A stretch of DNA of 64,000 nucleotides, from NCBI GenBank assembly GCA_017650085.1, contig JAGCFN010000019.1, forward strand, positions 3,879 through 67,878, written 5' to 3'. The notes below the pieces were generated by a model. It worked only from the letters and a program-made list of their open reading frames with translations. It was not told where the DNA came from and made no database searches. Below, piece after piece: positions 36,255 to 44,516 of the stretch (position 1 is its first letter; each line of letters starts with the position of its first letter). The translations under genes and the position numbers were made by a program. The DNA is from Bacteroidaceae bacterium (lineage in GTDB: Bacteria > Bacteroidota > Bacteroidia > Bacteroidales > Bacteroidaceae).

Positions 36255-37058
36255 TCAGCAAGGTCTGGATGTGGGCAAATGAAACACTTCCTGAATTTCC
36301 TTCATCTGAGCGTCGGTCATGCCTTCCGGTTCGAAGCCCATCGACTTGGCTCGCAGATAGATGGTGGCAGCTTTGTTCAGGACATCCGTCTGGTCGAAAG
36401 CGTCCATGATGTCCGTACCGACAGCCACCGTGCCATGCTTCTCCCAAAGCACTACGTCGTAGTCCCTGATCTGCTCCAAAGTGGCAACGGCAAGCGCGAC
36501 GGAACCCGGCAAGGTGTAGGGCACAATGCCCAATCCGAGCGGCGCGAAAGCCAGCGTTTCGGGAATCATCGACCAGAGCAGGCGCGTGAGCACATCTTTG
36601 CCCAGAAAGGCCTTCGAATGACTCATGGCAACCAGTTCGATGGGGTGCGTGTGGAGGCTCGCCTTGTAGGTCGAACCGCTGGCAATCAGGTAGTCGTGGA
36701 TGGACAGATGCGATGGCAGTTCGCTGGTCGGCAAAACCGGTTCGTCGGCAATGATGACATACGATTTGCAGTCGTCCAGGATGCGAATGATGCTGCCGTT
36801 CTGCATGGGCCATCGAGCCAAGTCGCGCATACGCTTGCCTGTCCCTTTGCAATAGAAATAGCAACCTTTCAGGTGGGGCAAAGTCGTGCCTATTTGAAGC
36901 GGCTCGGAAAGGGCAGGAAGGGCTCGCATCCCGTCGTCCACGAACTCCGTAATGTTGACGGTAATGTTGCCGCCATTGCGCTCGGCCCAACCCTTCTGCC
37001 AAAGGTAACCGGCCACCTCGGCAACCTTCTGAATCTCTCTATTCAATGCGTCGTTCAT
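36255..37058 (-). CDS. rhaD: rhamnulose-1-phosphate aldolase (class II aldolase)
   Basis: MNDALNREIQKVAEVAGYLWQKGWAERNGGNITV.. is a typical RhaD N-terminus; 267 aa; operon context. Confidence 0.9.
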   Translation of the reverse strand: MNDALNREIQKVAEVAGYLWQKGWAERNGGNITVNITEFVDDGMRALPALSEPLQIGTTLPHLKGCYFYCKGTGKRMRDLARWPMQNGSIIRILDDCKSYVIIADEPVLPTSELPSHLSIHDYLIASGSTYKASLHTHPIELVAMSHSKAFLGKDVLTRLLWSMIPETLAFAPLGLGIVPYTLPGSVALAVATLEQIRDYDVVLWEKHGTVAVGTDIMDAFDQTDVLNKAATIYLRAKSMGFEPEGMTDAQMKEIQEVFHLPTSRPC

Positions 37059-37075
37059 ACCGGATGTGGTTATTT

Positions 37076-37103
37076 CAATCTTAAATCTTCAATCTTCAAT
37101 TAT
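37076..37103. repeat. 7-bp tandem repeat (CAATCTT-like, 3-4 copies) in the permease-rhaD spacer
   Basis: caatctt aaatctt caatctt caattat. Confidence 0.75.
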
Positions 37104-38482
37104 CATTCTTCTCCATAACGTTCACTAGTAATCTGTTCGAGCGATTTGCCGCGCGTATTCGGGCAACCCAGCACACCTATCACGAGGGAGAGCAACAGGA
37201 GCGCTATCATGCAATAGGCCGCAAGAGTGAAGCCCTCGCCGTTCTCGCCATAAATGAAGGTGAAGACCAGTCCCCAAAGCGCTGAGAGGCCTCGAACGAT
37301 AAAGAACATCAGTCCCTGGGCACCTGCGCGGAACTTGGCTGGGAAGAGCTCGGACCCCCAGAGCGCATAGAAAATCTGCACGCCCAAACCGCCATTGATG
37401 CCCCACAGAATCGAGAAGGCCCAAAGGCTGCCGATTCCGCTCACCCCACGGATGATGACCAGCCATGTGGCAAGGCCTGCAAGCAAGCCGAGCACATAAA
37501 CCAATTTGTGAGATATCCGGTCAATAAAGAATGAAAGACAGAACGTTATGACCACCACAACAACCCAACCGATGCAACTCAGCATGTTGGCATATTCGTT
37601 GCTCAATCCGCCTGCCGTTTCGTAGATGTGCGGCTGGAAGAAACCCATCACGGAGGCCACGAGATTCCACGTCAAATAGATGCTGGCAAGGTAAGCGACC
37701 GTGCGGACTGCAACCTTGTTGGTGAAGAGGAGTTTGATGTTCTCCCAGATGCTGCTCTTGTCCTTCTCTCGGCTCTCCTCGAAGGCGGCACTCTCATCCA
37801 GTTGGCGCTGCAAAGTCCAAGCCACAAAGGCCACGACAAAAAGTGTGAAGAAGACCACACGCGAACTGAACACCTGGACAACCTCGACCGGCGCATCTGT
37901 TCCGATGAAAGCATAAGCAACGCTTTCAACAAGGCCATAGAGGTAACCTCCAGGGGCGAACAGCATGCCGAAGAGCAGGATAACCATCGGCCCGAAGCCC
38001 CACGACATTTGCGAGATGCAGATATTCCTGCCGCGCTTGTTCACCTCCGAACTCTCGGAGATATATGTCCACGATGCCGGTACGCCAATGCCCACGGAAA
38101 TGCCTGTCACAAGGAAGCCACAAAGCAGCATCGGGAAGTTCACAGAGCACATAATCAGCAAGACGCCAAGCATATAGACCAAAAGATTGTAGGTGAAGAT
38201 GAACTTCCGTCCGAACTTGTCGGCAAGGAAGCCACCAATGATGGCGCCTATTGCAGCGCCTAACGCATTGGCACTGATAGCGTTAAGCCAGCCAAGATGC
38301 ATCTCGCTCAGTCCGAGATAGTTCTGCCAGAGCGTAATGCCGCTCGCTCCGGCCACAATAGCGCCAGCATCCAGATAATTGTTCAACGAGACCGCCAGGG
38401 TGCTCTTGAGAGACCCACCCCTTCCCCTCCCTGCGAGGGAGGGAGCGTTTACCTCTGCTGCTTGAGTTTTTTTATTGTTCAT
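37103..38482 (-). CDS. MFS sugar porter, probable L-rhamnose permease
   Basis: 12-TM MFS with the sugar-porter motif GGFLADKFGRK. It sits between rhaA and rhaD. The first ~20 codons are encoded by a GC-rich repeat element. Confidence 0.85.
   Translation of the reverse strand: MNNKKTQAAEVNAPSLAGRGRGGSLKSTLAVSLNNYLDAGAIVAGASGITLWQNYLGLSEMHLGWLNAISANALGAAIGAIIGGFLADKFGRKFIFTYNLLVYMLGVLLIMCSVNFPMLLCGFLVTGISVGIGVPASWTYISESSEVNKRGRNICISQMSWGFGPMVILLFGMLFAPGGYLYGLVESVAYAFIGTDAPVEVVQVFSSRVVFFTLFVVAFVAWTLQRQLDESAAFEESREKDKSSIWENIKLLFTNKVAVRTVAYLASIYLTWNLVASVMGFFQPHIYETAGGLSNEYANMLSCIGWVVVVVITFCLSFFIDRISHKLVYVLGLLAGLATWLVIIRGVSGIGSLWAFSILWGINGGLGVQIFYALWGSELFPAKFRAGAQGLMFFIVRGLSALWGLVFTFIYGENGEGFTLAAYCMIALLLLSLVIGVLGCPNTRGKSLEQITSERYGEE
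38412..38444. repeat. GC-rich hairpin element, inner copy (codons ~13-24 of the MFS permease)
   Basis: gacccaccccttcccctccctgcgagggaggga, with internal hairpin ccctccct-gcga-gggaggg. Confidence 0.85.
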
Positions 38483-38514
38483 ATTTCAAATTTCTTATTT
38501 CTTATTACTAATTA

Positions 38515-38549
38515 CACCCTCCCTCACAGGGAGGGGCAAGGGGTGGGTC
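38515..38549. repeat. GC-rich hairpin element, outer copy (ends 1 nt before the rhaA stop codon)
   Basis: caccctccctcacagggaggggcaaggggtgggtc. Its reverse complement matches 38412..38444 with 1 indel and ~2 mismatches. Confidence 0.85.
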
Positions 38550-38550
38550 T

Positions 38551-39801
38551 TTACCGTTTACTTGTTACATTCTTTTCGTATTCCTGAATAGCGGGTATGA
38601 ACGCCTCGCCGACAGGCACATTGTTCTTCAGGTTGAAGTAGTCGAAGACGGCTCCGAAGGGAAGGCTCTTCGCCTCTTCCAAGAGAGCGAGGCGCTCGAA
38701 ATTCTGCTCCTTATCCTCATACTCGCGCAACAAGGCAAGCGGCTCCAAAAGGGCTTGCAGCACGCATTTCTGCGTCGCTCTGGTTCCAACCACATACGCT
38801 CCGATGCGATTGATGCTGGCGTCAAAGTAGTCGAGACCGATATGGGCGCGATTCAAAGCGTCTGCACGGACGATTTCCTTGAAGAGGTCGAGCGTCTGGT
38901 CGTTCATGATGGTAACGTGGTCGCTATCCCAACGAACGGGACGAGACACGTGGAGCATCAGTTCGGGCACAAACAGGAGCAACGAAGCCACCATGTCGCT
39001 CACGTTTTCCGTCTGCTCGTAGTGTCCCGTATCGAGCGTGTACATCAGTTTCCTCGTAGCGCAGTAGCCGGCCACAAAGTCGTGAGAGCCAACGGTATAG
39101 GACTCCAGCCCGATACCGAAGAGCTTCGCTTCGAGGCAGGTCTTCATGTTCGGCAAGTCTTCCTTCAGAATCTCGTCGAGGCTCTCGGCAAATATCTCGC
39201 GATAACGTTTCCGCTCGACCGTAAGGTCCTTCGAACCGTCGTGAACCCAGATGTTCATGATGGAGGGGTCGCCTTGTTTGCTGCCCATATAATCGGCAAT
39301 TCGGCGGCAACGTTTTGTATGTTCAATCCAGAACTCACGAATCGCAGGGTCGGGATTGCTGAGCGAAAGGTTTCCGCTCTTGGGGTGCGAAAAGCTTGTA
39401 CTGTTGAAGTCGAGCTTCATGCCTTGTTCCCTCGCCCACTCTATCCAGCTGTCGAAATGCTTCGGTTCCACCTCGTCCCTATCGACAAACTGGCCACCAA
39501 AGTCGCCATAAATCTCGTGGAGGTTAAGTCGGTGATTACCTGCGAGCAAGCTCTTCGCAAAAGCCACATCGGCACGCACCTCATCGATGTTGCGGGCACG
39601 ACCAGGATAGTTGCCTGTCGTCTGGATGCCACCACTCAAGGCTTCATTCCGTTCGAAGCCCACCACATCATCCGTCTGCCAGCAATGCAGGCTGATAGGT
39701 GTTTTCTCCAACTGAGCGACGGCAAGGTCGGTATCGACGCCAACAGCCGCATAGCGCTCTTTTGCAATCTCGTAGGATTTGAGAATCAGTTCTTCTTTCA
39801 T
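38551..39801 (-). CDS. rhaA: L-rhamnose isomerase
   Basis: 416 aa; ..TPISLHCWQTDDVVGFE.. and overall RhaA-like collinearity. Confidence 0.95.
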   Translation of the reverse strand: MKEELILKSYEIAKERYAAVGVDTDLAVAQLEKTPISLHCWQTDDVVGFERNEALSGGIQTTGNYPGRARNIDEVRADVAFAKSLLAGNHRLNLHEIYGDFGGQFVDRDEVEPKHFDSWIEWAREQGMKLDFNSTSFSHPKSGNLSLSNPDPAIREFWIEHTKRCRRIADYMGSKQGDPSIMNIWVHDGSKDLTVERKRYREIFAESLDEILKEDLPNMKTCLEAKLFGIGLESYTVGSHDFVAGYCATRKLMYTLDTGHYEQTENVSDMVASLLLFVPELMLHVSRPVRWDSDHVTIMNDQTLDLFKEIVRADALNRAHIGLDYFDASINRIGAYVVGTRATQKCVLQALLEPLALLREYEDKEQNFERLALLEEAKSLPFGAVFDYFNLKNNVPVGEAFIPAIQEYEKNVTSKR

Positions 39802-39809
39802 ATATTCTG

Positions 39810-41246
39810 TTATTTATATTCTTTCAATTCAATGCTTTTCCTGACGATAGCCCGCATCTGCGAGAGCGAACCGACCAAGCCTGCAGCACGGATTTGCACC
39901 AAGGCATTGCCCAGAGCCGTTCCCTCTTTAGGCCCGGCAATAACGGGAATCTGGAGAGCGTCGGCTGCAAACTGCATGAGGAAGTTGTTTTTGCTTCCCC
40001 CTCCAATGACGTGAAGTCGCTGAATATCAATAGGAGAGATGGCGCGAAGCAGCTCCACCACTTCGGCATAACGCTTGGCGAGGCTACGGAAAATGACGCG
40101 TACATAATCGGCTGGCTTTTGCGGAAGTTCCTGACTGGTTTCAGCCAGATAGTCTCGAATGGCAGCCGTCATCGAATCGGGATGGGCAAAGCGCGGGTCG
40201 TCGGGATTGATGAGACTCTCGAGCGAGGAATTGAGGCAAAGCGCATTCAACTCGTTCACATCCGTCGGAACTTGTCCTTCCGTCCATTCTTTCCGACATT
40301 GTTCCATAAGCCAAAGCCCAGTAATGTTCTTGAGGAAACGTATCGTACCGTCCAACCCGCCTTCGTTCGTGAAGTTATGTCGGAAACTCGATTCGTTGAT
40401 GATGGGTGTCGGACTCTCGATGCCGAGCAGGCTCCAAGTCCCACAACTCAAGTAAGCGTAATTGCCGTCCTCAGCAGGAATTGAAGCCACAGCTGAAGCC
40501 GTATCATGACTTCCCACAGCAACCACAGGAACAGGACCTAATCCAGTCATTTCCTGAACCTTACGACTCAACGCTCCTACCCTTTCGCCTGGCTTGACGA
40601 GACGTCCGAAACGCTCTCGGCTCATTCCTATCGAGGCCAGAATCTTCGTGTCGAGGTCGCCCGTTTTGGGGTTGAGCATCTGCGAGGTGGAAGCAACTGT
40701 CTGCTCCATAACCGCCTCATCCGTAAGCATATAGATGATGGCATCGGGAATGAAAAGCACCTTTTCGGCTTTGGCAAACGCGTCTTTGTTCTCGCGACGA
40801 ATCGTGTCAAGCTGGAACAAGGTGTTGAAGGGCATGAACTGGATGCCTGTCCGCTCGTAGAGCTCCTGGCTCGACATACATTCCGCAAAGTAGCGCTCCA
40901 TCGCCCCATCCGTATGAGGGTCGCGATAGCAATACGGCAAACCTATCAGCTCGCCATTCTTTCCGAAGAAAGCCACATCGCAACCCCAAGTGTCCACACC
41001 AATACTGGTGAGCGTAATCCCCTCTGTCTTAACCTTTTGCAGAGCAAGAAGGATTTCATCACGGAGGTGAGGAAGGTCCCAGAAGACGTGTCCGTCGCGA
41101 TGAATCTGCGTGGTTTCGAAGCGCGTCAGTTCGCTCATCTCAACTCGCTCGCCATCGTATTTGGCGATAATCGTACGGCCGCTCGTGGCACCTAAATCAA
41201 TCGAGAGATAATATGTGGAATGCATCGTTACTGTTTTGTTTTTCAT
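39810..41246 (-). CDS. rhaB: rhamnulokinase (FGGY family)
   Basis: YYLSIDLGATSGR phosphate-1 motif, 478 aa, first gene of the operon. A TAACTTTG box lies 15 nt upstream. Confidence 0.9.
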   Translation of the reverse strand: MKNKTVTMHSTYYLSIDLGATSGRTIIAKYDGERVEMSELTRFETTQIHRDGHVFWDLPHLRDEILLALQKVKTEGITLTSIGVDTWGCDVAFFGKNGELIGLPYCYRDPHTDGAMERYFAECMSSQELYERTGIQFMPFNTLFQLDTIRRENKDAFAKAEKVLFIPDAIIYMLTDEAVMEQTVASTSQMLNPKTGDLDTKILASIGMSRERFGRLVKPGERVGALSRKVQEMTGLGPVPVVAVGSHDTASAVASIPAEDGNYAYLSCGTWSLLGIESPTPIINESSFRHNFTNEGGLDGTIRFLKNITGLWLMEQCRKEWTEGQVPTDVNELNALCLNSSLESLINPDDPRFAHPDSMTAAIRDYLAETSQELPQKPADYVRVIFRSLAKRYAEVVELLRAISPIDIQRLHVIGGGSKNNFLMQFAADALQIPVIAGPKEGTALGNALVQIRAAGLVGSLSQMRAIVRKSIELKEYK

Positions 41247-41260
41247 AGTTAAATCTTCGC

Positions 41261-41268
41261 AAAGTTAC
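41261..41268 (-). promoter_or_regulatory. -7 box TAACTTTG for the rhamnose operon
   Basis: TAnnTTTG match 15 nt upstream of the rhaB ATG. Confidence 0.6.
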
Positions 41269-41404
41269 ATAAATAATCGCACAATCAGGCACTCACGGAC
41301 AAGAAATTGCTCTCAGAGAGTCATTTTCGACTATAAAAAAATCAATTTCTTACATTAGGGACGGCTTTCAGCAGAGCGGACAAGTCCATTTTGGCAAGGG
41401 ACAA

Positions 41405-41507
41405 ACAGAAACGACACACGTGAAGTTCCCAAACGTGACACGTGAAGTTTGCAAACATCAAACGTTAAAATGGCAAACATCAAACGTTAAGTTTGCGATT
41501 TGACTGT
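41405..41507. repeat. 22-bp tandem array G (about 4.5 units)
   Basis: Units: gtgaagttcccaaacgtgacac / gtgaagtttgcaaacatcaaac / gttaaaatggcaaacatcaaac / gttaagtttgcgatttgactgt. Confidence 0.9.
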
Positions 41508-41513
41508 GCCACG

Positions 41514-41546
41514 AAAAAAGAGAGTCCACGAGGGGACTCTCTCTTC
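41514..41546 (-). terminator. rho-independent terminator of tRNA-Thr
   Basis: Minus strand: stem agagagtcc / ggactctct followed by TTTTTT. Confidence 0.85.
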
Positions 41547-41563
41547 GATGTTTTCTGCTTTCG

Positions 41564-41637
41564 AGCCTCTTGTCGGATTCGAACCAACGACCCCGAGATT
41601 ACAAATCACGTGCTCTGGCCAACTGAGCTAAAGAGGC
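41564..41637 (-). tRNA. tRNA-Thr (anticodon TGT)
   Basis: Hand-folded cloverleaf: acceptor GCCTCTT/AAGAGGC, D arm GCTC-AGTTGGCCA-GAGC, anticodon loop TTTGTAA, T arm GTTGG-TTCGAAT-CCGAC. CCA is not encoded. One T-T mismatch in the anticodon stem. Confidence 0.9.
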
Positions 41638-41737
41638 GGGTGGGAAAGCTTGCTATATCGCGCCGCTACAACCTGCTGCCCTTGCTGCGGTCAAGCCCTG
41701 GGGGATTCACAAGGAGCATGCCGTATAGGACTTTCCC
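41638..41737 (-). ncRNA. candidate ~100-nt structured RNA abutting the 5' end of tRNA-Thr (identity unknown)
   Basis: A TACCTTTG -7 box lies ~15 nt upstream (41753..41760). The ends pair (5' GGGAAAG / 3' CTTTCCC, then CTATA/TATAG), giving a long imperfect hairpin. The 3' end ..CCCACCC recalls E. coli 4.5S RNA, but I could not find the conserved SRP domain IV motif. Confidence 0.3.
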
Positions 41738-41752
41738 ATGATTTTGCGGGTG

Positions 41753-41760
41753 CAAAGGTA
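41753..41760 (-). promoter_or_regulatory. -7 box TACCTTTG for the candidate RNA plus tRNA-Thr transcript
   Basis: TAnnTTTG match ~15 nt upstream of the GGGAAAG 5' end. Confidence 0.55.
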
Positions 41761-41854
41761 CAACATATAATTCAAAAATCAAAATTATAAAATTCAAAAT
41801 TGTATGATAAGGCTTTTTTTTTGCCTCTTTATACATTATTTATATTATTATTTC

Positions 41855-41862
41855 GTACCTTT
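41855..41862 (+). promoter_or_regulatory. -7 box TACCTTTG for the DUF4199-GT2-...-apbE-crp gene string
   Basis: TAnnTTTG match 24 nt upstream of the ATG at 41886. Confidence 0.6.
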
Positions 41863-41885
41863 GTCAACTCATACAGATAGGACAA

Positions 41886-42410
41886 ATGGCAAACGAAGTA
41901 CCTAAAACGATGGATGCTGCCGGATGGATGGCACTGCCGATCGGACTGATGTGGTCGGCAAGTTTCCTCTGTACGATGTACGGAACGGAACGGCCTTTCC
42001 TCTCGATGCTAAGCACGGTTCTGGCCATCATCAGCATTTACATGCTCTACAAGCAACTGACGAACTACTACAGACTCTACCCGTCTGTCAGCTGGCTGCA
42101 CATCCTTCGCCTCTCATTCGTGACCTGTCTGCTGGCAGGCTTGCTGACAGATATGGTCCAGTACGCCTATTTCCTTTGGCTCGACAACGGACGTCTGCTC
42201 TCCATTCTGGGAACCTCTCTGCAAAACGAGGAATATCGCGAGGCCTGGAAAAAGATGATGCCCGAAGTGGACCTGAATGAGATGCAAAAGTTGGTACAGT
42301 CAATGACCGTTCGCGACATAGTGCTCCAACTGGCATTCTACAACGTCATCCTGGCACTCCCCGCCTCTCTGCTTGCAGCATTACCCGTCAGAAAACCCGT
42401 TAAGAAATAG
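41886..42410 (+). CDS. DUF4199-like membrane protein
   Basis: 174 aa, 4-5 TM segments, immediately upstream of a GT2 gene as is usual for DUF4199 in Bacteroidota. A TACCTTTG box lies at 41855. Confidence 0.75.
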   Translation: MANEVPKTMDAAGWMALPIGLMWSASFLCTMYGTERPFLSMLSTVLAIISIYMLYKQLTNYYRLYPSVSWLHILRLSFVTCLLAGLLTDMVQYAYFLWLDNGRLLSILGTSLQNEEYREAWKKMMPEVDLNEMQKLVQSMTVRDIVLQLAFYNVILALPASLLAALPVRKPVKK

Positions 42411-42416
42411 AATATT

Positions 42417-43379
42417 ATGGATATTAGTGTTGTTGTTCCCCTTTACAACGAAGACGAGTCGCTACCCGAACTGTTCAGCTGGATCAAGCGTGTAATGATA
42501 AATCACGGCTTCAGCTACGAGGTCATCTTCGTCAGCGACGGCAGTACAGACAATTCGTGGAACGTGATAGAAGACCTCAAGAAAGAGAATCCCGAAACGG
42601 TTCACGGCATCAAGTTCCGTCGCAACTACGGCAAAAGCCCGGCCCTCTATTGTGGTTTCGGCGCAGCAAAAGGCGATGTGGTCATCACGATGGATGCCGA
42701 CCTGCAGGACTCTCCCGACGAGATTCCCGAACTCTACCGCATGATAACCGTTGACGGCTACGACCTGGTGAGCGGCTACAAGATGAACCGCAGCAAGGGC
42801 GACCCGCTCTCGAAAACGATTCCGACAAAACTCTTCAACGCTACAGCAAGGCAAGTGAGCGGCATTCACAACCTGCACGACTTCAATTGCGGCTTGAAAG
42901 CCTATCGCAAAGACGTGGTGAAGAACATCGAAGTCTATGGAGAGATGCATCGCTACATTCCCTATCTGGCCAAGAACGCCGGTTTCAGCAAGATTGGAGA
43001 AAAGAAAGTGCATCATCAGGCACGCAAGTTCGGCAAGTCGAAATTCATGGGCCTCAACCGCTTCGTCAACGGATACCTCGACCTCCTATCGCTTTGGTTC
43101 CTGAACAACTTCGGGCTGAAACCGATGCACGTCTTCGGCTTCATCGGCACTTTGATGTTCATCATCGGCTTCCTCGCAGTTTGTTTAGTAGGCGGCACAA
43201 AGCTCTATTGCATGGCGAAAGGCATCCCCCACCCCCTCGTCACCAACAGTCCTTACTTCTACATCGCTTTGACGATGATGATACTCGGCACCCAGCTCTT
43301 CGTGGCAGGCTTCCTCGGAGAACTCATCAGCCGTAACTCTGCCGAACGCAACAACTATCAGATTGAGAAGACAATATGA
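42417..43379 (+). CDS. family 2 glycosyltransferase (polyprenol-phosphate sugar transferase, GtrB/DPM1-like)
   Basis: N-terminal VVVPLYNE, DxD context ITMDADLQD, two C-terminal TM helices. Confidence 0.9.
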   Translation: MDISVVVPLYNEDESLPELFSWIKRVMINHGFSYEVIFVSDGSTDNSWNVIEDLKKENPETVHGIKFRRNYGKSPALYCGFGAAKGDVVITMDADLQDSPDEIPELYRMITVDGYDLVSGYKMNRSKGDPLSKTIPTKLFNATARQVSGIHNLHDFNCGLKAYRKDVVKNIEVYGEMHRYIPYLAKNAGFSKIGEKKVHHQARKFGKSKFMGLNRFVNGYLDLLSLWFLNNFGLKPMHVFGFIGTLMFIIGFLAVCLVGGTKLYCMAKGIPHPLVTNSPYFYIALTMMILGTQLFVAGFLGELISRNSAERNNYQIEKTI

Positions 43380-43849
43380 GGCGAAGGCTTCTGTACATAG
43401 CATCAATTGTCCTGCTGCTCGCGGCTTGCGAATCGTACGACTGCACTCTCTACAACCATGTAGGCTGTTATGGCGCATTCTATCAAGACAGCGCAAGCGT
43501 GTCCCTCGACGACACACTTACCATTACAGCCGGCAAGTCCGGACCGGTCTTGCTCAACAAAAGTGTCGGCACGTCTAAAATAGACCTTTCATTGAGCTAT
43601 TGGCAAGACGAGGACACACTCGTGCTGACAGTCAAAGGCACGGACTATCTCGTTCAAGATACCATCTGGATATCAAAAAGCAACCAAGTGCATTACGAGT
43701 CGCCAGACTGCCCGGCAACCCTCTTCCACACCATTCAAGGCGTTCGCTCCACACACGAATTCATCGATTCCATCAACGTCATACGCTCCTCTGTGAACTA
43801 TGAACAGACCAACAACCTGCAGATACATCTGTTCTCTGCTGCTGATTAG
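43376..43849 (+). CDS. hypothetical lipoprotein
   Basis: Lipobox LLLAAC after MRRRLLYIASIV. ATGA start/stop overlap with the GT2 gene. Confidence 0.65.
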   Translation: MRRRLLYIASIVLLLAACESYDCTLYNHVGCYGAFYQDSASVSLDDTLTITAGKSGPVLLNKSVGTSKIDLSLSYWQDEDTLVLTVKGTDYLVQDTIWISKSNQVHYESPDCPATLFHTIQGVRSTHEFIDSINVIRSSVNYEQTNNLQIHLFSAAD

Positions 43850-44516
43850 CCTGACTTGCCTCAGCTTGCAAGCGCAGGAGCAAAAGGAGAAAGAGGGCAA
43901 GGCGCCCCTGTTTAGCGGCATTGCTGTCAGCGCAGACATCGTTGGCTTTGTCATGAAAGCCGTCGACGCAAAGTTCGCGAATATGGAGGTGGGAGCTCGA
44001 GTTAACCTCTATGACAAGATTTTCCCTGTTGCCGAACTAGGCATTGGCGACTGTCACAGGGAAGGCGCGGAAACGGGCAACACATTCTCAACAACCTCGC
44101 CCTACATGCGCTTCGGTATGGACTACAACTTCAACAAGAAGCACAACGGCAACCGACTTTTCGGACTCTTTCGCTATGGTTTCAGCAGCTTCAAGTATGA
44201 CGTCGCCAACAAGGCATTTACCGACCCCATATATGGAACAACCATTCCTCTTGAAATGAATGACGAGAAAGCGACAGGTCACTGGCTGGAGTTTGGCGTT
44301 GGCGTCGAAACAAAGCTCTGGAAATTCATTCGCCTTGGTTGGAGCATGCGCTACAAGTTCCGCATCTCCATGAAATCACCTGATGGAGGCGACCCGTATT
44401 TCATTCCCGGATATGGAAAGAACGACACGAACGGTTGGGGCGGTACGGTCAGCCTCGTCTTTGATGTCGGCCAAAACCTTATGAAAAAGAAGCAAAGTAG
44501 GGAGACAAATAAATGA
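43800..44516 (+). CDS. hypothetical outer-membrane beta-barrel protein
   Basis: Signal peptide ..LLLISLTCLSLQAQ, alternating beta-strand pattern and an aromatic-rich C-terminus. It overlaps the upstream gene by 50 nt. Confidence 0.65.
   Translation: MNRPTTCRYICSLLLISLTCLSLQAQEQKEKEGKAPLFSGIAVSADIVGFVMKAVDAKFANMEVGARVNLYDKIFPVAELGIGDCHREGAETGNTFSTTSPYMRFGMDYNFNKKHNGNRLFGLFRYGFSSFKYDVANKAFTDPIYGTTIPLEMNDEKATGHWLEFGVGVETKLWKFIRLGWSMRYKFRISMKSPDGGDPYFIPGYGKNDTNGWGGTVSLVFDVGQNLMKKKQSRETNK

Noticed and set aside
35566-37002. 478-aa track ORF spanning the end of the rhamnose operon
   Set aside because: Its upstream two thirds overlap rhaD (36255..37058) in another frame and have an Arg/His/Gly-rich, low-complexity composition. 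Only the last 187-231 codons, downstream of the rhaD stop, look like a real gene.
38412-38549. Classifying the GC-rich inverted pair as a MITE
   Set aside because: It has 33-nt terminal inverted repeats, but I see no target-site duplication (the flanks are aga and ttt), and the interior contains the gene's functional start codon. The classification is not excluded, but it is unsupported without other genomic copies.
41638-41737. Calling the RNA upstream of tRNA-Thr a 4.5S/SRP RNA
   Set aside because: Only the rod-like pairing and the ..CCCACCC 3' end resemble 4.5S RNA. The highly conserved domain IV sequence (GGUCCGGAAGGAAGCAGCC-like, GNAR tetraloop) is not recognisable. It is kept as an unidentified candidate ncRNA.
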